Assembly (NCBI GenBank): GCA_963674965.2
Contig: CAXXFL010000002.1
Span: 192,001-256,000 of the forward strand
Reading direction: 5' to 3'
Source of the DNA: a bacterium
Lineage (GTDB): Bacteria; RBG-13-61-14; DATKZS01
Length of the DNA: 64,000 nt
Below the pieces are notes generated by a model. The model did not search any database. It was not told the origin of the DNA and saw nothing but the letters and a program-made list of their open reading frames with translations. How positions within the stretch are numbered: position 1 is the stretch's first letter; each line of letters starts with the position of its first letter. A program made the translations under genes and the position numbers. This document shows positions 27,515 to 37,486 of the stretch, piece by piece.

Positions 27515-28990
27515 TTGATGAAAAAAACGTTTTTAGTTTTCGGAGCGGGCGCGGCGGTCGGCGTTTTCCTGGCCCTGGCGGCGGGGTGTCTTTCCTCGAA
27601 AAAGGGCGGACCCATAATCAGGGAACCGGACAGGCCGGGAGAGTCCACCCTCGAGTACGAGCCGCCGGGACCGCCCCAGATACCCTCGGAGATGGTGACC
27701 AACTACCTTCCCATGATCAGGCGCATGATAAGCCCCACGGTCAAGGAGGTCGCGGACGACGTGTTCCTGGCCATGGGCTATGGGCTGGGCAACGTCATCG
27801 TTATCGTCACGGACGAGGGTCTGGTCGCGCTCGACTCGAGCGACTCGCAACAGGTGGCGAGCGAGATCATGCGGGACATGAGGAAACAAAGGAAGATAGG
27901 GGACAAGCCGGTCAAATACCTCATCTATACCCACTTCCATCCCGACCATACCAACGGGTCGCGCTCGATCTGCCAGGAGGGGACCGAGGTCATAGCCGCG
28001 GAGGAGTTCCTCTACTGGATCGACTATCAGAACCGCTTCCTGGCCGAGCATCACCAGCGGGCCAGGACCAACCAGTCGGGGGGCGCCGCCCCGGACTATG
28101 CCTTCGAGATTCCCCTTCTCGGGCAAAGCCCGGTCAGGATCGACCGCGACAAGGCCCCGGACGTGGTCATGCCCACCATCACCTTCAAGGAGAAGTACGC
28201 CTTTACATGCGGGGGCAAGAAGTTCGAGCTTTACCACGCGCCGGGCGAGACGGAGGACCACCTTATCGTCTGGATGCCGGAGGAGAGGATCGTGTTTCCC
28301 GCGGACCTTTATTACCACTCCTTCCCCAACCTCTCGACGCCCATGCTCGAGAGCCGGCCGGTTCGGGGCTGGATTAACTCCCTGGAAAAAATCATGGCCC
28401 TCCGGCCGCGCCTGATGGTCCCCCACCACACCTGGCCCATCGAGGGGGAGGACGAGGTAATGGAACACCTCACCAATTACCGCGACGCGGTGAAGCTCGT
28501 GCACGACGAGACGGTGCGCTGCATCAACGAGGGCAAGACGGTTGACGAGGCGGTCAAGGAGGTCGCGCTTCCCGAGCGGCTGGCCTCGCTTCCCTACTTA
28601 AAGGAGAACTACGGCCGGGTCGAGTGGTCTGTCCGCGGCATCTACCACGGCTATAAGGGCTGGTACGACGGGACGGGCTCGACCCTTTATCCTCTCCCGC
28701 CGGAGTACGCGGCCCGGGAGCTGATCGAGCTGAGCGGGGGAGCGAACCACGTGTTAAAGCGGGCCATCGAGCTTCAAAGGCAAGGCGAGCATCAGCTTTG
28801 CATGGAGCTTTGCGACGTGGTGATCAAGGCCAACCCGAGGGACTCGCTGGCGCACAGGGTCAAGGCCGAGTCTCTGCATCAGAACGCTTACGTTTACGCC
28901 AACCTCAACACCTTCGGGTTCTTCCGCTCCGCCTATTCCCTGGAGATGAAGGCGGCCGAGGAGGGAGAAAAGGTATCCAGACTGGACTGA
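27515..28990 (+). CDS. Alkyl/aryl sulfatase (SdsA/BDS1-like MBL fold), lipoprotein
   Basis: THFHPDH, APGETEDH, FPNL, dimerisation motif VRGIY..Y.GWYDG; lipobox LAAGC. Confidence 0.85.
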   Translation: MMKKTFLVFGAGAAVGVFLALAAGCLSSKKGGPIIREPDRPGESTLEYEPPGPPQIPSEMVTNYLPMIRRMISPTVKEVADDVFLAMGYGLGNVIVIVTDEGLVALDSSDSQQVASEIMRDMRKQRKIGDKPVKYLIYTHFHPDHTNGSRSICQEGTEVIAAEEFLYWIDYQNRFLAEHHQRARTNQSGGAAPDYAFEIPLLGQSPVRIDRDKAPDVVMPTITFKEKYAFTCGGKKFELYHAPGETEDHLIVWMPEERIVFPADLYYHSFPNLSTPMLESRPVRGWINSLEKIMALRPRLMVPHHTWPIEGEDEVMEHLTNYRDAVKLVHDETVRCINEGKTVDEAVKEVALPERLASLPYLKENYGRVEWSVRGIYHGYKGWYDGTGSTLYPLPPEYAARELIELSGGANHVLKRAIELQRQGEHQLCMELCDVVIKANPRDSLAHRVKAESLHQNAYVYANLNTFGFFRSAYSLEMKAAEEGEKVSRLD

Positions 28991-29012
28991 CTAACGCGAG
29001 GGGGAAGGGACA

Positions 29013-31733
29013 ATGAAAGAGAATCGCAAAAAGGACAATAACGCTGAGCCGGTTTTAAAGGGACCGAAAGGTCAAGGCGCGGGTTTTTCCCGGCGCGTGT
29101 TCATCAACCGGGGCCTGGCCACGGCCGGAGGGGCGGCGATCCTGGCCAACGCCAAGAGCTGGCCGGCCTGGGCCGACGTGATGGAGTTCGAGGGGACCCA
29201 CACGAGGATGGGCCAATTGGCCTATGACCCCGAGACCAAGAGCACCTGGCAAAGCTACGTGAAGATCGAGGTCGAGGTCGAGGAGATAGACACTGAATGG
29301 GGACCGACCAAGGCGACCTCCGCCTCGGACTCGGTGATGGTCAAAGGCAAGGAGGGCCGCGGGTACGGCTCGCCCGTGAATCTGAGCTCGGGCCTTGCCC
29401 ACGCCAAGCTCGAGCCCCGCCTGGACGCGAGGGCCGGCCGAGTAGCCGTGGTCTGGTGCGGCTCGGACCCGGATACGAGAGAGTGGAGCGTTCACGCGTC
29501 CTATTTTGACGACCAGGGCTGGACCGGTCCCATGGAGGTCGCCGGCGGCATGGCGCTTCATCCGGACGTGGCCCTGGACCCCGCCTCCGGCCGGGCCTTT
29601 GTGGCCTACGAGGACTGGAAGGACAAGTCCATCAAGCTCGCGGCCTTTGACGGAAAGAAATGGGGGACCCCGGTGAAGATCAGTGAGGCCGGCTATAATT
29701 ATCGTCCCCATTTGATCGTGACCGACGGAAGCGGCAAGCACGGCGGGAAAATAGCGGTGGTATGGGACTCCTACCGGGACCTCCAGTACGATATCCATAT
29801 GCGGCTAATAAGCCAGGACGGAAGCATGGGCGAGGAGATGAGGGTCACCAGGTGCGCCCGCTGGGACTCGATGGCCGACGTTATCGAGGACAAGGACCAC
29901 AACATCTGGGTGGCCTGGGTGAGGGCCTCGAACGAGCTCAGCGAGTTTAACGCCATGCGCAACGTGCACGCCAGGTTCTGGGACGGCGAGCGCTGGCTTG
30001 TCCCGTCCGTTCCCGAGAAGCTCTATAACGGCTCGGAATTTATCCATCCCACCTACCTGAGCGACCATGGCGCCAAGGACAATAAAGAGTTGAGAAGGGC
30101 CCTTGGCGGAGAGGGCCGCGAGGAGGGAGACGGCCGCGTTTCCTGGTATTCCGTCTGCTGGTTCCCCACCCTCCAGGTGGACGACAAAAACAGGGTTTAC
30201 GTTTTCTATCGAGAGTCGGACCCGCTTATTTTTCCGCTTTACTCTCACCTTGACTACCGGGTCTACGAGGGCGACAAGTGGAGCGGTCCCCGGCGCCTCA
30301 AGCTGGGCAGGGGCGCCAACATCACCAGGATGATGTGGGGGCTGTCCGTCGCCGTCAAGGCAAAGGAGATCGAGGCCATCTGGGAACAAGGCTTCGTGAA
30401 CAATCCGCGCGTGATCAAGCGGGCGCCCAGGAAACTTTTAGCCGGTCTTTCCGGTCCCATGTTCCATCCCTGGGGAGAGGATAGCGAGGAGACCCTCTAT
30501 CCCGGCTGGAAGCCAAGGGAAACCATGAGGCCAGCGCCGGAGATGGAGGTGGACGGCGAGCGGCATTTCCTCATCTTCGGCGACACTCACGCCCATTCCT
30601 GGACAAGCGACGGGGCGGACCCCGCGGATTACTACTACCATTACGCCCGGGACTTCGCCCGGCTCGATTACTTCGGTCTTTCGGACCACGACTTCCGTAT
30701 TTCCAATACCCCCGGCATCGAGGCTTATATCGCCTTTTTGCCGAAGGTCTTCTCGGAGGACGACTTCATCTGCTTCCAGGGTTACGAGTTCACCTCGGGG
30801 GCGAAGGGGCACCGGTGCGTGGTCTTCGAGGGAGACGACAAGCCCACCTTGCCCCACCGCGTTTTCACTCCCGGCAAGGGGGACAAGGTCGTCAGCGTGG
30901 GGGACCTGAGCGGCTTTATCCACAAATTCGGACTCTCGCCCGACTCGAGGGTCATGGTCAGCGCCCATAACATGTTCGACCTGGGAAACGACTTCACCGA
31001 GTACGACGAGTCCATCGAGCCTCTCTACGACGTCATGAGCCAGCATATAGCGGCGGAGAAGACGCTCGAGGAGTACGTCAAGGAGGGAGTGATAGGCTCG
31101 GCCGGGTCCAAGGCCGCCAGCGTGCTTATGAAACTGAACCAGGTTGTCTCGGGAGACGCCGTAACCCGGGACCCGGCGAACGGTTGGTACTCGTGCTGGA
31201 GGCACTGTCTGGACGCCTCCCTTCCGCTGGGGGCCTACGGCAACTCGGATACCCACGCGGTGTGCGGCCTGGGCTGGATCACCAGCGGGCTGTGGGTCCG
31301 GGCCAAAAACCGGAAGGCCATTTTCGACGCCATGTTCGAGAGGCGCTCGATCGCGCTTGACAACCTGGTCCGTAACTTCGACGTGTTCAACACCTTCCCC
31401 TTCCGCGAGGAAAGGGTCAAGGACACGCCCGTCCTTCGCATGGACGTCCGTTTCTGGGCGGACGATCACTTCATGGGGGCCAGGCCCAAACTGGCCGAGG
31501 CCCCCCTGCTTCGGGCCAGCGTGAAGGGCCATAACCCGGACGACGCGGTCAGGAGCGTAACCTTCGTCAAGAACGGTCGCGAGGTCCACGTGGCGCGTGG
31601 AGGCGGCGATTCGTCCCTCCAGGCCTCGTGGAAGGACGACCACTTCCTGGCGGGAAAAAATTACTATTACGCCCGGGTCGAGTTCGAGAGCGGCAACCAG
31701 GGTTACTCTTCGCCCGTGTTCGTTAACTACTGA
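29013..31733 (+). CDS. Tat-exported protein with propeller-like N-terminus and PHP-type (DUF3604/CehA-like) metallohydrolase domain
   Basis: SRRVFI Tat motif; GDTHAHS..SDG, SDHD, GYE, GHR, NSDTH; C-terminal YYYARV...YSSPVFV. Confidence 0.75.
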   Translation: MKENRKKDNNAEPVLKGPKGQGAGFSRRVFINRGLATAGGAAILANAKSWPAWADVMEFEGTHTRMGQLAYDPETKSTWQSYVKIEVEVEEIDTEWGPTKATSASDSVMVKGKEGRGYGSPVNLSSGLAHAKLEPRLDARAGRVAVVWCGSDPDTREWSVHASYFDDQGWTGPMEVAGGMALHPDVALDPASGRAFVAYEDWKDKSIKLAAFDGKKWGTPVKISEAGYNYRPHLIVTDGSGKHGGKIAVVWDSYRDLQYDIHMRLISQDGSMGEEMRVTRCARWDSMADVIEDKDHNIWVAWVRASNELSEFNAMRNVHARFWDGERWLVPSVPEKLYNGSEFIHPTYLSDHGAKDNKELRRALGGEGREEGDGRVSWYSVCWFPTLQVDDKNRVYVFYRESDPLIFPLYSHLDYRVYEGDKWSGPRRLKLGRGANITRMMWGLSVAVKAKEIEAIWEQGFVNNPRVIKRAPRKLLAGLSGPMFHPWGEDSEETLYPGWKPRETMRPAPEMEVDGERHFLIFGDTHAHSWTSDGADPADYYYHYARDFARLDYFGLSDHDFRISNTPGIEAYIAFLPKVFSEDDFICFQGYEFTSGAKGHRCVVFEGDDKPTLPHRVFTPGKGDKVVSVGDLSGFIHKFGLSPDSRVMVSAHNMFDLGNDFTEYDESIEPLYDVMSQHIAAEKTLEEYVKEGVIGSAGSKAASVLMKLNQVVSGDAVTRDPANGWYSCWRHCLDASLPLGAYGNSDTHAVCGLGWITSGLWVRAKNRKAIFDAMFERRSIALDNLVRNFDVFNTFPFREERVKDTPVLRMDVRFWADDHFMGARPKLAEAPLLRASVKGHNPDDAVRSVTFVKNGREVHVARGGGDSSLQASWKDDHFLAGKNYYYARVEFESGNQGYSSPVFVNY

Positions 31734-31756
31734 AGCCGGGACCCGAGGGAGGAAGG

Positions 31757-32662
31757 ATGAAGACTTTAAGGGGAAAGGTCGTCGCCCTCACCGGCGCGGC
31801 CTCGGGTATTGGAAGGTGTCTGGCCGTCGAGTTGGCCGGACAGGGCGCTCATCTGGCCCTGGCGGACGTGAACGAGGAGGGACTTCTCAATACGCTAAAA
31901 ATGATTGAGGACAGGGGCGTCAAGGTGACCACTCACCTGGTGGACGTGGCCGACCGGGCCCGTGTATTCGAGTACGCGGAGGAGGCCGCGGCGGCCCACG
32001 GCGGCGTGGACGTTATTATCAACAACGCGGGCGTGGCCATAGGCAACGATATCGAGAACGCGAGCTTCGAGGACCTCGAGTGGGTCATCAACGTCAACTT
32101 GTGGGGAGTTATACACGGGACCAAGGCGTTCCTTCCTCACCTCCGGAGGAGGCCGTGGGGTCACATAGTCAACGTCTCCAGCATCAACGGCATCGTGCCC
32201 TTTCCCAACAACGGGCCTTATAATATAGCCAAGTACGGGGTGAGGGGCCTTAACGAGACGCTCATGCAGGAGCTCAGGAAGGACAACGTGCGCGTTTCGT
32301 CGGTCCATCCCGGCGGCATCCAGACCAACATCGTGAGGAACATGCGCTTTACCGAGTTCGTCTCCGACGAGATGAATCATAACCAAATGGCGGCCATGTT
32401 CCAGGCTATCGCCCTGACCACGGCCGAGGACGCCGCCCGGATTATCGTGCGGGGCGTCAGGAAGAACAAGAAAAGGATCATGGTGGGAATCGACTCCCGG
32501 GTGATGGAGTTCTTCTCCCGCCTGGTCCCCATTACCAACGTGGTGGTCACCGGGATGGTAACGGAGCTCCTGGTGCTTCCCCGGACCCGCGCCATTATCG
32601 ATCGCGTAGCCGGGCTGAGGGATAAAATAAAGGGAAAAGACAAGGAAGAAAAAAATGGATAA
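31757..32662 (+). CDS. Short-chain dehydrogenase/reductase
   Basis: TGAASGIG, NNAG, YNIAK. Confidence 0.93.
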   Translation: MKTLRGKVVALTGAASGIGRCLAVELAGQGAHLALADVNEEGLLNTLKMIEDRGVKVTTHLVDVADRARVFEYAEEAAAAHGGVDVIINNAGVAIGNDIENASFEDLEWVINVNLWGVIHGTKAFLPHLRRRPWGHIVNVSSINGIVPFPNNGPYNIAKYGVRGLNETLMQELRKDNVRVSSVHPGGIQTNIVRNMRFTEFVSDEMNHNQMAAMFQAIALTTAEDAARIIVRGVRKNKKRIMVGIDSRVMEFFSRLVPITNVVVTGMVTELLVLPRTRAIIDRVAGLRDKIKGKDKEEKNG

Positions 32663-32937
32663 TACCAACTTCCGTTCGACGCTTTTTCCGCGAAACTGAT
32701 GGATACCATGGATATTGCCGCCGCCTCCTTTCCGTGCCGCGGGCAAGACTCCAGCGTGGGGGAGCGCCTATTCGGAGCCAAATCTTTTTGTTCGCTCTAG
32801 AATATTTCCGCCAAGCTCGATCTGCCGAAATACTCCGCTTTCTAATTTTTGTTTCGGCCGACGTCTTTTAATGGTAATATTTCCAATGATCCGGCGCTCG
32901 CCGCCGGGGCCAAAGCCAAGCCGGACGCGAAAGGGGA

Positions 32938-33810
32938 TTGATGGAAGGAACAGGGCTAATTTACGACGGCCTTTTGATGATGCAGGCGAAAGGCATCCTT
33001 TACGTCTTTTCCTTTTTATTCGGGGCCTCGGTGGGAAGCTTCCTCAACGTCTTCATCTACCGCTGGCCGGAGGGGCTCTCGCTCGTGTCCCCCGGCAGCC
33101 GCTGTCCAAGCTGCGAGACGCCCATTCCCTTTTACTGGAACGTTCCCGTGTTGAGTTGGCTCCTCTTGCGGGGAAAGTGCAAATGGTGCGGGACCGGGAT
33201 ATCCCCCCAGTACGTGCTGATCGAGCTTGCCATGGGGGTCTGGTGCTCTTTCCTCCTTTGGCGGTTCGGCCCGACCGTAACCTTCCTGGCCTATTTCGTC
33301 TTCAGCGCGGCCTTGTTCGGCGCCAGTATAATCGATCTTCGCCACCGCCTGCTGCCGGACGCGGTCACTTTGGGCTCGATACCGCTGGGGCTGGCCCTGG
33401 CCTACTTTTACCGGCCCCTCGATCCCGCGTATCCGGTCACGATTTGGGAGTCCGTCTCGGGCGCCGCGGTTGGAGCGGGCCTTTTTTTCGTGGTCCAGGT
33501 CGTATTCAAGCTGGCCTCGGGCAAGGATGGGCTGGGAACGGGCGACGTGAAGCTGATGGGCGGCTTCGGGGCCATGTTCGGAGTGACCGCCGTTCCTTTA
33601 ATAATCCTGCTCGGCTCGACCTCGGGCATCATAGCCTGGCTCATCCTCCATTGGAGGGGCAAGGTGGGCCGGGATTATCTTATACCCTTCGGTCCCTTCC
33701 TGGCGGGGGCGGCGGTCATGGTTATGCTTTTCAGACAGTGGTTCGAGAAGAATTGGTTCATGCTCAAATGGCCGGCGGTGCTGGACATTTTTTACTTTTT
33801 CAAATATTAA
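32938..33810 (+). CDS. pilD: Type IV prepilin peptidase
   Basis: GSFLNV.IYR.P, SRCPSC, GKCKWC, IIDL, GLGTGDVKL, IPFGPFL. Confidence 0.93.
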   Translation: MMEGTGLIYDGLLMMQAKGILYVFSFLFGASVGSFLNVFIYRWPEGLSLVSPGSRCPSCETPIPFYWNVPVLSWLLLRGKCKWCGTGISPQYVLIELAMGVWCSFLLWRFGPTVTFLAYFVFSAALFGASIIDLRHRLLPDAVTLGSIPLGLALAYFYRPLDPAYPVTIWESVSGAAVGAGLFFVVQVVFKLASGKDGLGTGDVKLMGGFGAMFGVTAVPLIILLGSTSGIIAWLILHWRGKVGRDYLIPFGPFLAGAAVMVMLFRQWFEKNWFMLKWPAVLDIFYFFKY

Positions 33811-33843
33811 TCTTTATGGCGGCTTGGCGACGAAGGCCCATGG

Positions 33844-35079
33844 ATGGAAGAACGTGAAAACAAAGAGTTGACGGAGGCCGAGACGGAGGAGGGGGACTCG
33901 AGCGGGGCTTTTTCCTTCCTGCTTCGCTCTCGGCGCGACAACTCGGTGGTTACGGAGATAGTGGCGAACATGACCGTGCTCATGTTCGCGGCCGTGATCA
34001 TGATCGCCCTGGTGCTGGGATGGACGAGGGAACTTCTCGAGCACGAGGAATACTCCCGTTACGGCGTTTTTATCCAGGTGACCTACATAGTGATCTTCGG
34101 CCTGACCGTGGCCGTTTTCGGGTGGCGGCTTATCTCGAGGGTAATAGTCAAGCCCATCCGGGTACTGGTGGAAGCGACCAATAAAGTGGCCGGCGGCGAT
34201 CTGTCCTGCCGGGTCGAGGACCTGGACGACAACGAGATCGGAGACCTGGCCCAGGCCTTTAACAACATGACCTCCCGCCTCGAGCGAAACAGGCTCGAGC
34301 TCGAGTCCAACCTTACCCAGATGAAAGACATGAACGAGAGCCTGGCAAGGGCCCAGAGGGAAGTGCTCAGCTCGGAGAAGCTGGCCTCCATTGGCCGGTT
34401 GGCCGCGGGCGTGGCCCACGAGATCGGCAATCCCCTGGCCGCCATAACGGGCTATCTCGAGATAATCTCGAAAAGGGAATATCTCCCGGAAGGCGACCGG
34501 GAGATGGTCGAGCGGGTCCAAAGCGAGGTCTTCCGGATTAACCTGATTATCAGGGAGCTTCTAGACTACAGCCGGCCTCAGGACGAGTCCCTGGCCAAGG
34601 TCAGCCTCAACGAGGCCATAGCCTCGACCCTCACGCTGATGAAGGCGCAAAAGGACTTCGGCCGGGTCGAGGTCACCCTGGAATTGAATGACGTGCCCGA
34701 CCTTTTGTCCAACGGGTCATCTCTTCAGCAGCTTATAATGAACCTCGTCCTTAACTCGGCCCAGGCCATGGACAATGGAGGCAAGCTCTCCATTTCGACT
34801 TCCCGGGAAGAAAGGGTTGGCAAGGACGGAGTATTGCTGATAATATCCGATACTGGTCCGGGCATACCCGAGGAAATTCAGGACAGGATTTTCGACCCCT
34901 TTTTCACCACCAAGGAGCCCGGAAAAGGGACGGGGCTAGGACTCTCGATATGCCAGCGGATCGTGGAGAACATGAAAGGCAAAATCGATCTGGAAAACAA
35001 AGAACAAGGAGGAAGCCTGTTTCGAATCTGGTTTCCTCTTGATCGACGGTCGTCAAAGGATCACCCTGAGACGACGTGA
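33844..35079 (+). CDS. Membrane HAMP histidine kinase (PilS-like position)
   Basis: 2 TM, HAMP, AHEIGNPL, FFTTKEPGKGTGLGL. Confidence 0.9.
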   Translation: MEERENKELTEAETEEGDSSGAFSFLLRSRRDNSVVTEIVANMTVLMFAAVIMIALVLGWTRELLEHEEYSRYGVFIQVTYIVIFGLTVAVFGWRLISRVIVKPIRVLVEATNKVAGGDLSCRVEDLDDNEIGDLAQAFNNMTSRLERNRLELESNLTQMKDMNESLARAQREVLSSEKLASIGRLAAGVAHEIGNPLAAITGYLEIISKREYLPEGDREMVERVQSEVFRINLIIRELLDYSRPQDESLAKVSLNEAIASTLTLMKAQKDFGRVEVTLELNDVPDLLSNGSSLQQLIMNLVLNSAQAMDNGGKLSISTSREERVGKDGVLLIISDTGPGIPEEIQDRIFDPFFTTKEPGKGTGLGLSICQRIVENMKGKIDLENKEQGGSLFRIWFPLDRRSSKDHPETT

Positions 35080-35099
35080 TCTCGCGTAAATGGAGCGTT

Positions 35100-36488
35100 A
35101 TGAGCCCCAGGATACTTATAGTTGACGACGAAGAGAACATGCGGCATATGCTTAGCGTTCTTTTATCCGAACATGGCTACCACTGCGAGTTGGCCCAGGA
35201 CGGGGCCGAGGCCATCGAGAAGATCAGAGAAAACAATTTCGACTTTGTTCTCAGCGATATACGCATGCCGCGCATGGACGGGCCCGAGCTTTTGCGGGAG
35301 ATCAAAAACCTTGAATATGGCCCTCCCGTCATCATGATGAGCGCCTACGGCACCATCGACACGGCCATCGAGACCATGAAGCAGGGGGCCTACGACTACA
35401 TAACCAAACCTTTCAGGACCGACGAGATACTGCTGACCATCAAAAAAGCCGAAGAGAGAGAGGGCCTGGTCAAGGAAAATCTCCGTCTTAAAAGCGCCTT
35501 GCACGGGGAATCGGCCACTTCCGGAATCATTACCAACAACAAGCGCATGAAAGGGGTTATTGAGGTTATTCAAAAGGTCTCGGTGTATAAATCCACCGTC
35601 CTTATTACGGGGGAAAGCGGCACGGGAAAGGAACTGGTGGCCCGGGCTATCCACGACTTGAGTCCCAGGGCGTCCAAGCCTTTCATCCCCGTCAACTGCG
35701 GCGCCATACCCGAGAACCTGCTCGAGACGGAACTCTTCGGACACGTAAAGGGGGCCTTTACCGACGCGTCTCATACCAAGACGGGCCTTTTCGAGGAAGC
35801 GGACGGTGGGACCATACTGCTCGACGAGATAGGCGAGTTGCCCCTGTCTTTGCAGGTCAAGCTTCTTCGGGTGCTGGAGGAGGAGGCGGTAAGAAAAGTC
35901 GGCGCCACCGAGAACGTCAGGATAGACGTCCGGGTCATCGCGGCCACATTGAAGGACCTCGCCGAGGAAGTAAAAAGGAAAAAGTTCAGGGCCGACCTTT
36001 ATTACAGGCTGAACGTTTTGACCGTTCACGTGCCTCCTTTAAGGGAAAGAAAGGACGATATACCGCTTCTGGTGGATTTTTTCGTGAAACGGATGAACGA
36101 AAGGCTCGGGAAAAACGTCAAGGGATTCTCGAGAAAGGCCATGGCCGATTTCATGACCAAGGAGTGGGAAGGAAACGTAAGAGAGCTCGAGAACTCGGTC
36201 GAGCGGGCCATGGCCATGGCCGACGGCGACATGATCGGGGAGGAACTCCTTCCCCCCGACGCGGACCATGAAATGGATCAAAGCATGTTTTGCATCTCTG
36301 ACGACGATTTGAGCATCAAAAACATGACCAGGAACGTCGAGGAGATGATGATACGCCGGGCCCTTGTAAAAACGGGGGGCAACAGGACCAAGGCGGCCAA
36401 GTTGCTTCAGATCAGTCACCGTACCTTGCTGTACAAGATAAAAGAATACGGCGTAAAGGTCGAAACGGGACATGAAAAGGATGAATAA
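35100..36488 (+). CDS. Sigma54-dependent response regulator (PilR/NtrC-like)
   Basis: Receiver, GESGTGKE, GAFTDA, Fis-type HTH. Confidence 0.93.
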   Translation: MSPRILIVDDEENMRHMLSVLLSEHGYHCELAQDGAEAIEKIRENNFDFVLSDIRMPRMDGPELLREIKNLEYGPPVIMMSAYGTIDTAIETMKQGAYDYITKPFRTDEILLTIKKAEEREGLVKENLRLKSALHGESATSGIITNNKRMKGVIEVIQKVSVYKSTVLITGESGTGKELVARAIHDLSPRASKPFIPVNCGAIPENLLETELFGHVKGAFTDASHTKTGLFEEADGGTILLDEIGELPLSLQVKLLRVLEEEAVRKVGATENVRIDVRVIAATLKDLAEEVKRKKFRADLYYRLNVLTVHVPPLRERKDDIPLLVDFFVKRMNERLGKNVKGFSRKAMADFMTKEWEGNVRELENSVERAMAMADGDMIGEELLPPDADHEMDQSMFCISDDDLSIKNMTRNVEEMMIRRALVKTGGNRTKAAKLLQISHRTLLYKIKEYGVKVETGHEKDE

Positions 36489-36615
36489 GACGATATTTTT
36501 ATTGAGCTAACGCTTCATTTATGCTAAGATAAATATGGGCCGAAATAAGGGCCCGGGGGAACGGACAGGGAGACGACGAACCACCGTCCTTTTTGGACGG
36601 ACGAGGAGACCTGAA

Positions 36616-37275
36616 ATGCCATTACGCGGCAAAGGCGGAAAATCTGGGTTTACGCTGATCGAGTTGATGATAGTCCTCGTTATCATCATGGTCCTGGCCA
36701 GCGTGGCCACTTTCACCTACATATCGCAGATTGAACAAATCACCTTACGAAGCGACGTGAGAGAGCTGATAGGGGCCCTCGAGATGGCAAAAATGCGGGC
36801 CATAGCCAGCGGCGAGCCTCATGGAGTGGTCTTTATAAGAGGAACGGGAGACGAGCCCGACGCCTTCTTCGTATACCGGGACTGTACGCCCGGTGACCAG
36901 AGGTTCACCGACCCCGATGGAAACCCCCGCAACAACATTTGGAGCGACGATTGCTCGGCAATCACCTACGACCCCAAGCTAAGAGAGGGGGGATTAATCG
37001 AGCTTCAACGGGACGACCATTTCACAACCGTCTTTGGCGGGGAAGACGCCTCCAACTCCGTCATTTGGGGCACGGGGGCCACTCACGAATACGTACAGTT
37101 CAACAACCTGGGTCAGGCTTTTAAGAACGGTAATCTGATCAACGGTGAGTTCATTTTCATGCAGAACCAAAATAACACCGGCGGCGGCGACAAAGTCGAT
37201 CAGGTCGGCGTGCGTATATTCGGGGCCACCGGGTCCATCGAGTACGTGCCTTTGACCGTCGCCGACCCCGTATAA
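36616..37275 (+). CDS. FimT/GspH-like minor pilin
   Basis: Class III signal G|FTLIELMIV, L..A+..A pattern; GAGGAG RBS. Confidence 0.85.
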   Translation: MPLRGKGGKSGFTLIELMIVLVIIMVLASVATFTYISQIEQITLRSDVRELIGALEMAKMRAIASGEPHGVVFIRGTGDEPDAFFVYRDCTPGDQRFTDPDGNPRNNIWSDDCSAITYDPKLREGGLIELQRDDHFTTVFGGEDASNSVIWGTGATHEYVQFNNLGQAFKNGNLINGEFIFMQNQNNTGGGDKVDQVGVRIFGATGSIEYVPLTVADPV

Positions 37276-37307
37276 TAAGTAATTCAACTTCTCAAGCGTC
37301 CACAAAT

Positions 37308-37347
37308 AAAACTATCCATCAGCCGCGGGGCCGGGGGATAGTTTTTT
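37308..37347 (+). terminator. Probable rho-independent terminator
   Basis: AAAACTATCC...GGATAGTTTTTT inverted repeat after the pilin gene. Confidence 0.5.
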
Positions 37348-37486
37348 CTCGCCTCTCGGGAAAGATGTTTCGGGCTTTATTTACGCCCGCCTTGCCGGCG
37401 CGCGATGGCCAATCAATTGACTTTGCCCGCATAATCGCGCTATATCAGTATCTTCACGGCTTATTCATTTTACCGGGAGTATATTA

